Assembly: GCA_963669175.1 (NCBI GenBank)
Contig: OY769902.1
Location: 4,416,001-4,480,000 of the forward strand
DNA: 64,000 nucleotides
Direction of reading: 5' to 3'
Source: a bacterium
GTDB lineage: Bacteria > Electryoneota > Electryoneia > Electryoneales > Electryoneaceae
Part shown: piece by piece, positions 50,144 to 60,715 of the stretch
Position numbering within the stretch: position 1 is the first letter of the stretch
How the letters are laid out: each line of letters starts with the position of its first letter
The notes under the pieces: generated by a model
What the model was told of the DNA's origin: nothing
The model's input: only the letters and a program-made list of their open reading frames with translations
Database searches by the model: none
Made by a program: the position numbers and the translations under genes

Positions 50144-50824
50144 CAGCCCTCCTTTTGTCCCGACAAACCTGGATTGCTTTTGTTCCGTATTGAATGGAAA
50201 GAAATCCCATGCAGGCTTATTACACCGAGAAACCCGTCTGCAGGCTGTGATTAGCAGTCAGCAGCCGCTATAATATGTCCTGATTGGTCATGTTCAGGAA
50301 TAATTTCAGGTAGCAGTGCAGGAATGAGTAATAACACTCTTTTTGAGGTAGGCGAAACAAAATCAGTGTCTGCTGCGAAAAAACGACGTCAATAAACCCA
50401 ATAACAAATCAATGCAACGCTCCCAAATCCCAACAGCAAAGTGCAGTTTTTTCCACCAAAAAATCCTGCTTGTTCGCCGGTATTGGATATTTCTACGATT
50501 TTTCAACTGACGAATGTTGCTCACATTGAAAAGTTATCCCGTAGTAACTCCGAACGCAATAGAATAATTTTCTAGAACATGGCCCCCATGTTCATTCACA
50601 GATCGATCCGTACGAGAACTTCAGGAAAAGAAACGTCCTGGCGCTTCATCATCGAATTGGTTCTGTCCAAGTGGAACAATCCTCCTTTTACCTCGTACAC
50701 ATACTTGAGGCAGTATCGAGTCAAACCTGTGACTTGTTTTTCATTTGTGGCTTGGCAGGAACATTTATATACTTTGTGGTATTCTACTCTACTATTCGAT
50801 TTTTTAAAGGAACTGCAAGGATAC

Positions 50825-51331
50825 ATGATGGTAGACATGCTGAGGCAACTGGTGGCGCTGGTGTTGGTAGTCGCGATGGCGACGGCCCCAGGTGTGTTAG
50901 CTACGTCCAGTCATGTAGATATGCCGGGAATCTCGTCCGAATCTGCAGTGGAAACGGTATCCTCTCCATCAGGTGCGAGTGCATCATGCTGTGCCGCATC
51001 AGGTAATCTTGACATGCCCTGCGGCTGCTGTAGCCATCCTCCGAGTTCAGGGGAAAACGACACTGAAGCTGGAAATTTCTGTCATAGTACGCATGATGGT
51101 CGCAACGAAACCGATCATCCCTGTTGTGGGTCTGATGAAGATAATGCCTGTGATTGCTCTCAGTGCGCCAGTGTGCAGGTTGTCGCGCAATCGCTGGGTA
51201 TTCTCTCTTCGAATAGTATCTTAATCACAACTCACGGTTCTGATAGAATTCACGCGGATGATAACAGCGATTGTCCGCTTCTGGCGCATCAGCGTAACCC
51301 GTATCGCCCTCCAATATTCCCTCTGTCGTAG
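50825..51331 (+). CDS. Cys/His-rich exported leader protein ending in RPP (candidate DUF2946/CruR-like arrest peptide)
   Basis: AAGGA upstream, N-terminal signal/TM (LVALVLVVAMATAP), 12 Cys including CC, CGCC and CDCSQC, C-terminal RNPYRPPIFPLS. Directly upstream of a TonB-dependent receptor. Confidence 0.7.
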   Translation: MMVDMLRQLVALVLVVAMATAPGVLATSSHVDMPGISSESAVETVSSPSGASASCCAASGNLDMPCGCCSHPPSSGENDTEAGNFCHSTHDGRNETDHPCCGSDEDNACDCSQCASVQVVAQSLGILSSNSILITTHGSDRIHADDNSDCPLLAHQRNPYRPPIFPLS

Positions 51332-51499
51332 TACTGTTCTACAACTCTGTCCCGATCTGAACGAAACATGCGCACGGCCAGCCACACCTGGTCGTCAGGT
51401 CACACGCACGAAATACGATGCGTAAGACCTGACGAAACTGAAATGCGCACTCACGTTCAGAAAAAGACAGAAACCCTACTGATTACGACAGATAGAGGG
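51319..51499 (+). promoter_or_regulatory. Long nested RNA stem-loop pairing the leader-ORF end with the receptor's SD
   Basis: Nested complementary pairs: 51319-24/51494-99, 51322-32/51482-92, 51346-51/51466-71, 51356-63/51454-61, 51369-74/51444-49, 51392-401/51426-35, 51404-08/51419-23. Confidence 0.75.
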
Positions 51500-51503
51500 C
51501 CCC

Positions 51504-53741
51504 ATGTACCATAGAAGGATATACAAGATACTTACACGTATCACAGCTATAATGGCCTTTTCGGCATTGCTTGCTGTGATACCCTTGTCCGTGATTGCTG
51601 CGGAAATAACCGGCATCGTAGTTGATGAGGATGGCTACGGTTTGGCTGGAGTGAATGTGATTGCTGTCGGCCTGGACCGTGGCGCGGCTACAGATCTGGA
51701 GGGCAACTTTTCAATTCCAAACCTGCCTGAGCGTTTGGTCACGCTTCGTGCATCCATGCTCGGCTTTAAAACCTCCGACTTGGAAGTTGATCTGGCTTCT
51801 GGTACAACAGCCACAGTTCGGATCACCCTTCCGGTTGATGCTATCGCGCTTCAGGAACTTACGTTCGAAATCGAGCGCGAACATTCCAATGTGGGCCATG
51901 ACGGCGCAGAACGTCTGGAAGTTCTGACGACAGAAGACCTTGAGACCCGTTCAAGTGATGGCGGTCTGCTATCTGCCCTTTCTGGTGGCAGCGGTCTGGA
52001 CACAAAACCCTGTGCGCTATGTGGAGCGGCGGGGATTGGGATGCAGGGACTTGATCCGAGTTATACGGAAATCACGGTTGATGGCCTGCCGGTGTTATCC
52101 GGCCTGGGCGCTTTGTACGGGCTCGATGGAATCGCTGTCTCTGACCTAAAGCAGGTAGAAGTTAGTAAAGGCAGCAGCCGTGGTGAAGGCGGAGCGGCAG
52201 CGATGGGTGGCGCTGTAAACCTTGTCACCTCCACAACAACCATGGACATGACAAACCTGCCAACGGGAAGTGTGTCACTGATGGGAGGTGAAACAGGACG
52301 GCATCGCGCCAGTGGTGAGATAAGCTTTGACGCCGCAGGAGCACCGTTACGTTTATCCGGTTCATACGCTTCCGAGCCGAGGAAGTTGGACCGTAACCAC
52401 GACGGCCTTACCGATGCACCGTCTTATGATCGTTTCAACCTTTCCGCGACACAGTCACGTCCCCTCGCAGGCGGAACGATAACCGGGCGCGTGCGTGGCT
52501 ATGCGGAAAACCGTTTTGCCGGAGAAACACGGTGGACGGAAGATGATCGTGGCAGCGCAACTGTGTATGGACGTGATATCAATACCACCCGTCTTGATGC
52601 TGGTGGACGCTTCGCTTCGGGGATGTACCCCTGGGGATCATGGTCCGCTGATGCTGCGTATGCGGCCCATCATCAGGATTCCTATTACGGTAGCACTCGC
52701 TACGATGCACGTCAGACTATCGGCATCGCCCGTTTTTCACTGAACCGTACCTGGAACCACGCTAACTCGACGCTTTTTCGAGGGCAATTCCGCTATGAAG
52801 ACTACCTCGATAACCTGAACCTGGGATCGCCGACGGACCGTATTGATCGTGTTCCGGGCTTGCTTGTGCAGCATCAATGGTCGCCGGTGATACGCTGGAA
52901 TGTCCGTGCCAGTGTGTTGAGCGAACACTATGATAACGGCGATTTCGTAGCCACACCTCGTGCGTCGTTGCTGTATTCGCCCTCCGATCACTGGACCTTC
53001 ATCGGTTCAGCCGGAACCGGTTATCGTACCGTAACCCTGTTCAGCCTAGATAAGGCCGCACACGCAGGCTTTGACAACGTGATCATACCGGCCGGACTTG
53101 AGCCGGAACGATCCGCCGGAGGTTCCCTGACCACGCAATACCAGGTCGCCACTTCCGGACGCGCCTTCCAGATCGACTTGACCGGGTATTATACACGTTT
53201 CGAAAACAAGGTCGTACTGTCGTTCGGTGATGCCCATACGGGCGCTGTTCAGTACGCCAATGCTGCGGACGCGTTCACACGTGGTGGCGAGATGCAAGCA
53301 AGCTTGGCGTTCAACGGTGGCTGGACAATACGTGCCAACGCTGCCTATACCGATGTCCAGTACCAGGATGCCGCAGGCTGGCATCGTGAAGAACTGCGTT
53401 CCCTGTACACTGCCGGACTTGCGGTTCAACATGATTGGGAATTGTACGGCCTGACTGCGGATGTCAAGGCCCATCTTTTCGGTCCCCAGGCGTTGCCGGA
53501 AGATCGTGACCGGAGCCAGTCCCCAACCTTTGTCACGGTTGATGCTGGGATCAAGAAAGCGTTCGGACGGTATTCGATTGGCCTGCAACTGGAAAACCTG
53601 ACAGACTATGTCCAACCTGATCCGGTGGTTGTTTCTGACGCTGTCAGCGGTCAGCGTATCGATGCAGCAATGATTTATGGGCCGCAACTGGGCCGTACCG
53701 CATTGTTGACCCTGTCCGCTGATTTTGGTGATTCGAAGTGA
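51504..53741 (+). CDS. TonB-dependent receptor with N-terminal carboxypeptidase-regulatory-like domain
   Basis: Signal peptide, GIVVDE..LAGVNV..GAATDLEGNF, plug PCALCG..GMQGL..VDGLP..VEVSKG..AMGGAVNL and barrel end ENLTD...YGP..GR. Confidence 0.9.
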   Translation: MYHRRIYKILTRITAIMAFSALLAVIPLSVIAAEITGIVVDEDGYGLAGVNVIAVGLDRGAATDLEGNFSIPNLPERLVTLRASMLGFKTSDLEVDLASGTTATVRITLPVDAIALQELTFEIEREHSNVGHDGAERLEVLTTEDLETRSSDGGLLSALSGGSGLDTKPCALCGAAGIGMQGLDPSYTEITVDGLPVLSGLGALYGLDGIAVSDLKQVEVSKGSSRGEGGAAAMGGAVNLVTSTTTMDMTNLPTGSVSLMGGETGRHRASGEISFDAAGAPLRLSGSYASEPRKLDRNHDGLTDAPSYDRFNLSATQSRPLAGGTITGRVRGYAENRFAGETRWTEDDRGSATVYGRDINTTRLDAGGRFASGMYPWGSWSADAAYAAHHQDSYYGSTRYDARQTIGIARFSLNRTWNHANSTLFRGQFRYEDYLDNLNLGSPTDRIDRVPGLLVQHQWSPVIRWNVRASVLSEHYDNGDFVATPRASLLYSPSDHWTFIGSAGTGYRTVTLFSLDKAAHAGFDNVIIPAGLEPERSAGGSLTTQYQVATSGRAFQIDLTGYYTRFENKVVLSFGDAHTGAVQYANAADAFTRGGEMQASLAFNGGWTIRANAAYTDVQYQDAAGWHREELRSLYTAGLAVQHDWELYGLTADVKAHLFGPQALPEDRDRSQSPTFVTVDAGIKKAFGRYSIGLQLENLTDYVQPDPVVVSDAVSGQRIDAAMIYGPQLGRTALLTLSADFGDSK

Positions 53742-53801
53742 TTTAAGTACAAAAGTTAAGGCCGGGTTGATGACCCGGTTGCTAAAACGTGAGGAAATAC
53801 G

Positions 53802-54329
53802 ATGATGAAGAAAAGCATGTTGATTGTGACGGCTTTTGCTGTCCTGATGACCGCAGGCGTGGTCTCGAATGTGTATGCCCAGAATTGCTGCCCACACCCC
53901 TCTGACAACTGTGCGCCGGGTTCTGACAAAGCGATGCAGGAAGGCCCGAAGGAAGGGAATACATGGACAACCAGTACGGATCATCAGGAACGGTTCACCT
54001 GCCCGGTCTGCAACATGATTCATACGGTTGATGAAGCCCAGGCGGTAGCTGTGATTGATGGTGAGAAGTACTACCTCTGCCATCCGTCCGAACAGGCGAA
54101 ACTGCGTGCCGGGAAAGAAACCTATCTCGGTGAACAGTTCTGGGTGCCGGGTAATCTTGAAGAGTGGTCGAAAAACGGCGCTACCTTCAGGGATCCGGTC
54201 AATGGCCAGGTCGCAACACTGTCCGACAATACACCATCATGCCAGATCGGCCATATGCGTTATTTCTTCGTTTCCGAAGAAACCAAGGCACAGTTCGAAT
54301 CGAAGAATAATACGGCTGACGCATCGTAA
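53802..54329 (+). CDS. Exported protein with two YHS-like domains
   Basis: Signal peptide then NCCPH..C. CPVCNM...DGEKYYLC and DPVNG...RYFFVSEETKAQF are YHS-like. Confidence 0.72.
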   Translation: MMKKSMLIVTAFAVLMTAGVVSNVYAQNCCPHPSDNCAPGSDKAMQEGPKEGNTWTTSTDHQERFTCPVCNMIHTVDEAQAVAVIDGEKYYLCHPSEQAKLRAGKETYLGEQFWVPGNLEEWSKNGATFRDPVNGQVATLSDNTPSCQIGHMRYFFVSEETKAQFESKNNTADAS

Positions 54330-54359
54330 GTCAAGATTATGAGCAATAGTTGATAAACG

Positions 54360-54398
54360 AACACCGGGACTGACCCAATGTAGTCAGTCCCGGTGTTT
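54360..54398. terminator. Terminator hairpin between convergent genes
   Basis: Perfect 15-bp stem AACACCGGGACTGAC / GTCAGTCCCGGTGTT. Confidence 0.75.
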
Positions 54399-54555
54399 CA
54401 TCTACCAAATAAATCACCTCGTGATCTATTGCACCTGCTTTACCCCATGACTGCGTTGCTTTCCCTTGAAATAACCCGCTATGTCTGTGGTCAAGCGCCT
54501 TGTCCTGAGGTAAAGCGCGTAGCTCAGAAAACATCATAGCAGGTGCAATGGACCA

Positions 54556-55509
54556 CTAGTACCGTTCTCCCGCCACTCCCTGCTGGATAAGGGATTCCAG
54601 TCGGTCCAGGTGTTCCGGTTGCAGCGTGATTTCCTGTGACGCCCAGTTCTCCTCAAGGCGTGCAATTCGCCGTGTTCCGGGTATCGCTACGATGTGCGGA
54701 TTGCGTGACAAGACCCACGCCAGCGCGACTTGCGCCGCGGTAGCGCCGATATCCTGGGCCAGTTCCGCGACCAGATCGGCCAGTCGGACATTGTTGGCGA
54801 TAGCTTCCTCGGTGAACCGTGGATTTTCCAGCCGCCAGTCGCCGGGTTCAAGGTCGCTGCGTGAACGGATCGCCCCGGACAGGAACCCTCGACCGAGCGG
54901 ACTGTATGCCACAAACCCAATGCCCAGGCGTTGAACGGTTGGGAGGATATCGGCCTCGACATCACGTGTCCACAGGGAATACTCAGTCTGGAGTGCGCTG
55001 ATGGGATGAACAGCATTGGCACGTTCAATAGTCTCCGGGTCCGCTTCGGACAGGCCGAGATAACGTACCTTTCCCGCCTGCACCAGCTCTGCCATCGCGC
55101 CGACGGTTTCCTCGATCGGGGTGTTGGTGTCCACACGATGCTGGTAATACAGGTCGATGTGATCAGTCCCCAATCGTTTCAGGGAAGCATCACAACTGGC
55201 TTTCACATAGTCCGCACTACCCTTGATGCCATACCAGCTACCGTCCTCCCCACGCGACACGCCAAACTTCGTTGCCAGTATGATTTCATCACGACGCCCC
55301 TTGAGAGCTTTGGACAGCAGGAGTTCATTCTTGAACGGGCCGTACATGTCTGCTGTATCCCAAAACGTACACCCGATGTCAACTGCCTGATCCAGTACGC
55401 GTAGATTATCCGCTTCTGATGAGGAACCGTAAAAATCCGACATCCCCATACATCCCAGCCCGATGGCCGGCACGACTAGACCTTGTGATCCAAGCTTGAC
55501 CTGTTTCAT
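54556..55509 (-). CDS. Aldo/keto reductase
   Basis: [35 protein letters not shown] and IPGT. ATG at 55509 with GGAGG. Confidence 0.93.
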   Translation of the reverse strand: MKQVKLGSQGLVVPAIGLGCMGMSDFYGSSSEADNLRVLDQAVDIGCTFWDTADMYGPFKNELLLSKALKGRRDEIILATKFGVSRGEDGSWYGIKGSADYVKASCDASLKRLGTDHIDLYYQHRVDTNTPIEETVGAMAELVQAGKVRYLGLSEADPETIERANAVHPISALQTEYSLWTRDVEADILPTVQRLGIGFVAYSPLGRGFLSGAIRSRSDLEPGDWRLENPRFTEEAIANNVRLADLVAELAQDIGATAAQVALAWVLSRNPHIVAIPGTRRIARLEENWASQEITLQPEHLDRLESLIQQGVAGERY

Positions 55510-55677
55510 ACTGCGATCCCTCCTTTGTTCGAGCAGGTAGCATACGCCTGCTGGTTTCTCCTCATGAATCCAGTATAACACAATTTAGATTCTTCGCTGT
55601 TTCGAATGGGTAGACTGAAGAGGCCCCCGTAGTTTGGACATGTATTTATCAGTTTTAAGTGATGGTTCCTGTTTGGG

Positions 55678-56505
55678 TCATGCTGCTTCTGTTCGTTGTG
55701 TTTGCCAGTATACTTGATCTGGTGTTTGACTGTTCAGCGCCTGGTGAGGTCGCTTTTCGTTGTAGAATGTAAAATACTCTCCAATACCCTTTTCTGCCTC
55801 ACGCAAGGTCTCGTAACATTTCAGATACACATCCTCATGTTTCAGGGATCGCCACAGACGCTCGATGAACCGATTGTCTACCCAGCGGCCTTTGCCGTCC
55901 ATGCTGATCTTAATCCCTTCATCCTGCAACCGTGACGTAAACGCCACGCTGGTAAACTGTGCGCCCTGATCAGTATTGAAAATTTCCGGTGCGCCATATT
56001 TCGCCAACGCTTCGTTCAACGCGTCCACGCAAAACAGGTGATCCATCGTGTTGCTCAGCCGCCAGGACAGCACTTTACGGCTGTGCCAATCCATGATCGC
56101 CACCAAATATCCGAAGCCTCGTGCAAGCGGAATGTACGTGATATCAGTACACCAAACCTGATTGGGACGGTCAATCGTCAACCCACGCAACAGGTAGGGA
56201 AAGATCGTATGTCCCGGTGCGGGGTGACTGGTGCGTTTCTTCTTCGGATACACCGTATAGATCCCCAGGATACGCATCAGACGACGCACCTTCTTCCGAC
56301 AGATCTTGTAACCTTCGCCACGCAACAGGTCACGCAACATCCGTGACCCCGCGAAAGGATAAACCAAGTGCAACTCATCCAACCGGCGCAACAGCGTCAA
56401 ATCTCGCTCCTTCAACGGTTTCGGCCTGTAATACGCCGTTGATCGAGGAACAGACAGCAAGGCACACTGCTTCGTGACCGGGAGTGTCTCGGTGGGCGTG
56501 ATCAT
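55678..56505 (-). CDS. IS3 transposase OrfB (integrase core)
   Basis: WCTDITY, FNTDQG.QF and [13 protein letters not shown] (DDE). Confidence 0.95.
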   Translation of the reverse strand: MITPTETLPVTKQCALLSVPRSTAYYRPKPLKERDLTLLRRLDELHLVYPFAGSRMLRDLLRGEGYKICRKKVRRLMRILGIYTVYPKKKRTSHPAPGHTIFPYLLRGLTIDRPNQVWCTDITYIPLARGFGYLVAIMDWHSRKVLSWRLSNTMDHLFCVDALNEALAKYGAPEIFNTDQGAQFTSVAFTSRLQDEGIKISMDGKGRWVDNRFIERLWRSLKHEDVYLKCYETLREAEKGIGEYFTFYNEKRPHQALNSQTPDQVYWQTQRTEAA

Positions 56506-56810
56506 CGTTTTACGCTCGGCCTTGCCCCAGGTCCGAGCACACGTGATAAAAAATCACGTTCCATCGTCAACTGACCGATCTTGGCATGCAGCTCCTTGAT
56601 CTCTGCGGCGGTATCATCCTGATGCACACCACGCTTGCCAGCGAAAAGACCTTCCGCCTGCTCAAGCAACTGCTTCTTCCATTGTACGATCTGGTTGGGG
56701 TGAACATCGAACTGCGAGGCCAGTTCCGAAATCGTCTTGTCACCCTTGACGGCGGCAAGCGCTACCGATGCCTTGAACTGCGCGGTTAACTTTCTGCGGG
56801 ATCGCTTCAT
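56502..56810 (-). CDS. IS3 transposase OrfA (HTH)
   Basis: FKASVAL...ELASQFDVHPNQI..WK...LHAKIGQLTMERDFL. T-TTT-TTA at 56553-56547 has an open -1 frame into OrfB. Confidence 0.92.
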   Translation of the reverse strand: MKRSRRKLTAQFKASVALAAVKGDKTISELASQFDVHPNQIVQWKKQLLEQAEGLFAGKRGVHQDDTAAEIKELHAKIGQLTMERDFLSRVLGPGARPSVKR

Positions 56811-57132
56811 CTTCCGCTCCTTCCGAAGAACCTACGGTCCTTCAATGTAGGGCGGAACCATCAACTAAACTACTGTCCAGTTTTTGGGCCCCTCTTCAGA
56901 CCACTGGTTGATAGTATGTGATTAGGAGGAAAGGCTGTCACATCACCTCGACGAAGTGAAACTTGAATAGTGCGGGTGTATAAACCCAGGAAATACAAGA
57001 ACTACCACACCAATCGTCCCCGAAGGGTACGCCCATCTGACGAGTTTATCGGAACTTTTCCGCTCAAGATAAGAGAAATACTGGGACTGGGATTCTCTTA
57101 ACCAGCAATAGAATGAGTGTCATGAGGAGTAG

Positions 57133-57168
57133 ATCCCGGGCAACGCTAAACGGCAGCGTTTCCGGGAT
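57133..57168. repeat. REP-like GC-rich hairpin downstream of the GNAT gene
   Basis: ATCCCGGGCAACGCT-AAACGGC-AGCGTTTCCGGGAT. Loop and flanks resemble the 44196-44233 hairpin. Confidence 0.6.
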
Positions 57169-57234
57169 GACGTGGCGATAAGTTTCGATATGTGATTAGA
57201 GTATTGATGCCCCACATAAACACAGCGAAACACC

Positions 57235-57744
57235 CTAAAAATTGATCGAATATACCCTTACCTTCGGCAGATCCTTGAATGGGGCTGTCTTTTCCAGGGT
57301 CAACCCATTCCGCAGGGCGACGTTGATTGAGGGTTGGTTTTCGGGAACGATCAGTGAGATATAGCGTTGATATCCAAATTGTTTCCTGCCATAATCCATA
57401 CATCCTTTTGCCGCTTCGGTTGCATAGCCATGTCCCCAGAAGGCCGGGTTGAACAGGTAGGCGATTTCCGGCTCAGTTTTCCCTTCGACCTCCTGCATGA
57501 GGATACCACACTGGCCAATCGCTTCCCCGGTTTCTTTCAGTTCTACGATCCATAACGAATGCCCATCATTTTCATACCGTTTCAGCCCCCTGGCGATCCA
57601 ACCACGGATTTCCTCATCATCCAGCACCTTCGGATAATGTTTCATGGCAATTTCACTGGCGAGAATAGGACGAAGAACATCCAGGTCGTCTTCTGTCATC
57701 ATCCGCAAACGTAACCGTTCGGTCTCAAACACGTACTTGTGCAT
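57235..57744 (-). CDS. GNAT family N-acetyltransferase (RimJ/RimL-like)
   Basis: ETERLRLR, IGQCG, EIAY, WGHGYATEAA and ENQPS. ATG at 57744 with GGAGG. Confidence 0.92.
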   Translation of the reverse strand: MHKYVFETERLRLRMMTEDDLDVLRPILASEIAMKHYPKVLDDEEIRGWIARGLKRYENDGHSLWIVELKETGEAIGQCGILMQEVEGKTEPEIAYLFNPAFWGHGYATEAAKGCMDYGRKQFGYQRYISLIVPENQPSINVALRNGLTLEKTAPFKDLPKVRVYSINF

Positions 57745-58212
57745 CTTCTCTCCTCCATGCGTCAGGCACATCAGCATTCACCCATGTGGACCAGGTAGAG
57801 TAACAGACGAAGCATATATTGCGCAAGGTTTGTGATCGTTTCACCTGTGTTCTTTGATACTGAGCCCCACTATATTGGTTTTATTGGCGTTTGATTCCTT
57901 CGAGCGCACAAGCCTCGGTAATGCACTATATCATAACATACAAATAGTCTCGCTGCCCTGCGAGTTTGCGTCTCGCCCCAATTACTAACACTGGACTTTC
58001 ACATTCGTTGCAAAGCATTCGTGTTTCATGTAACTTTTGTATTATGGGCTTATATCTTACGATAGTTTCAACCCACTGTTTATCATTAGAACCTTGTTTT
58101 CTATGCGCTTCCTACAAACTGCTCGCGTGACAACTGCCGGAAGTCATCGCCTGATCTTTCAATACGGATTGTGATTACAGGGCTTCAGCTTCACTCTAAC
58201 CTGGAGGTATCG

Positions 58213-60684
58213 ATGGAGTTAATAAATAGCACAGTCAAGCAGAATAGAGGTGGCGGTTTCTGTTTTACAGCTTTGCTTTCTCTAATCGCACTTCTTGTTC
58301 TTCAAGTCCCTCCCCTTTCTGCGGAAATCACGGTAACAGGTTCCATCGGAATTCCTGCGGCAACGACAGGAACATCTGTTCTGGTAAATGGCGATGTTGC
58401 GTATCTTCCTGCTTTTGAAGGTATGTATACTATTGACATTACTGACCCTACACACCCTGACACAATTGATTATATGGATGCTGTGGAACCTGGATGGTCT
58501 GACATTTCTACCATAGACAATTGGTTGTACTTGACGTGACTTACCGGCGGATTGCACGTGATTGCAATCACCGACCCGACGAATCCAGTTTATACCGGCA
58601 ACTACGATCCCCCGCAGGGTGGCGCCTATGATGTAGATGTTACCGGTGATTACGCCTTCCTGGCCTGCACAAATCATGGCATGCGAGTCGTATCGATGAA
58701 CAGCGCCAGGACTGTCTTCAATCTTGTGGCCGAAGCAACTCCACAGGAGAAGATTGAAGAAGTCAGAATTCGAGGCAACTACGTATATTGTGCAGCAGGC
58801 CGTGACGGCTTGTTAATTTATGATATTTCAGATGTTACAGAAGGAACGCCATCGGATTTCGGGGATGAAGATGAGGTAGGCGATGTTGATCCGGGAGCAG
58901 GGTATGCCCTGGAGCTTTCAGGCGACTATGTATATCTCGCCAATGGAGAGGCCGGAGTGTATGTAATTGATATCAGTGACCCTGCCAACCCTTCTACCGA
59001 ATACACTCTTAACACTGCTGGTAGCGCCAAGTTTTCGAAAGTTGTCGGTGATTATCTTTTCATCGCCGATGATACAGGCGGATTGAGCATCTGGGACATC
59101 ACTCCGTTACCAGACAGCACACCAACACTGGTTGAAACCTATAATGCCAATTCACCCTCGTACAATTACTTGGATGTATCGGGTTTCAACGCTTTTGTAT
59201 CAGACGGCGATGACGGCCTGCGTATACTGGATGTCAGGGACTACGATTCTCCCATGCAGAAAGGCCATCCACGTTTGCAGTATGATATGATTGGTATCCC
59301 GTCAACGGTAGCTAACGGTGATCATGTCACCTTGTTTGGTGATGATATGGGCAACACACCGGGCAGTCCTTACTGGCGTTTGAGCAGATGGGATGATGAT
59401 GCATATAAATATATCCGTCTTAATGAAACAGACAGCCGCGATACACTCACAAACGATGACCCGGCTGATTTTGCTCCGGGGCTGGGATACTGGCTCATAC
59501 AGAATACCGTCGATAACTGCGTTCTTGACATTACCGTCGAACAGAACACCGGAATTGTCAACCAGGCCACCCGGTATAGTGTTCCTCTGAGTCCCGGGAG
59601 ACCGATCGGGTCAAAAACCATGCTGGCAAACCCTTACCATTATCCTTATGACCTGAGCACCACTTATTTCAGCATTGATGGCGGCGCTGCAATTTCATAC
59701 GCTACTGCTGTTGCGGGGGGCTATATCAATGCTTTCGTGTACACATACAACTCATCAACTCAAACCTATAACGATCCTATCCCCTACAATACTTCCCTGC
59801 CTCCCTGGAAAGGCTTCTGGGTGATACAGTCAGACAACACGGTAAGTATTGATTTTCTATTTACGCCGGCTGGATACGGAGCGCTAATGGGGAACAATTC
59901 CGGCGATGATGAACTTGATGAAAGGGATTGGTTTCTGGATTTGTCCGTAGTTTCAACGGATGGCCAATACCAGGACAAAGCCAATAGAATAGGCATTTCA
60001 GCGAATTCTGATGATCTTTACGATCCCTTCGATGCGTTCGAATTCACACCAATGTCTTCCCATTTTGTGCAACTCTATTTCCCGCATAATGACTGGGATG
60101 ATTTCCCCAACAACTACACATGGGATCAGAGGTCTCTCGAATTTAACAGTGAGAAAAGCTGGGATGTTTGCATTCGCTGCTGGAATACACCTGAGACAGA
60201 GTACGTTGTAACCTGGCCAAACATTGATGAGATTTCTGACGAATACTCGTTTATTCTTGTCGACCCTGAATCCGGTGAGAAAATTGTAAACCTGCGTGAG
60301 ACAGATCAAGTCACATTCACAACCGGCGAATTTGCAGGAGATTACGAATACGCTGAATATAGCATAGTCGTAAACTACATTGAAGAAGAAGTGGACCGGA
60401 GTAACAGTGCTATTCCTGAAGAATTCGGTTTGGTCTCGCTTTATCCGAATCCGTTTAATTCGTCCATTTCTGCAACAATCGGGTTGCCGGAAACCTCAGT
60501 TCTCGAAGTTCGAGTTTATAATATTCTAGGAAAGGAAGTTGCTGTTCTGGCAAATAGAAGCTATTCAGCAGGTTATCATACAATGGTTTTTAATACTGAC
60601 GATCTGTCAAGCGGGGTGTACTTCTTAAAGGCAAGTATACCGGGCGAATCTTCAAAGGTGAGAAAAATCGTACACTTGAAGTAA
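58213..60684 (+). CDS. Secreted LVIVD-repeat protein with C-terminal sorting domain, containing one in-frame TGA (58537-58539); either a pseudogene or a recoded gene
   Basis: GGAGG then ATG at 58213, signal peptide. The two ORF-track pieces are in the same frame and join as WLYLT*LTGGLHVIAITDP, a complete LVIVD repeat. LYPNPFN...KIVHLK C-terminus. Confidence 0.8.
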
Positions 60685-60715
60685 AGCCCTGTTTTTGCTG
60701 TTTTTGTCAAACAAG

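Larger units (their letters stand above)
55616..56898 (-). mobile_element. IS3-family insertion sequence (1283 bp)
   Basis: TG...CA ends. TIRs TGAAGAGG..CCC......TGGACA at both ends. 3-bp target duplication GAC (55613-15 and 56899-901). Confidence 0.93.

Noticed and set aside
50579-50824. N-terminal 82 aa of the ORF-track 250-aa protein
   Set aside because: AT-rich and promoter-like. The signal peptide and RBS-like AAGGA point to a start at 50825-50837.
35546-58539. Genome-wide stop-codon reassignment suggested by an internal TAG and an internal TGA
   Set aside because: TAG (e.g. 8203, 26658, 62315) and TGA (e.g. 53741, 23635) terminate conserved genes at expected positions, and long genes are otherwise uninterrupted.
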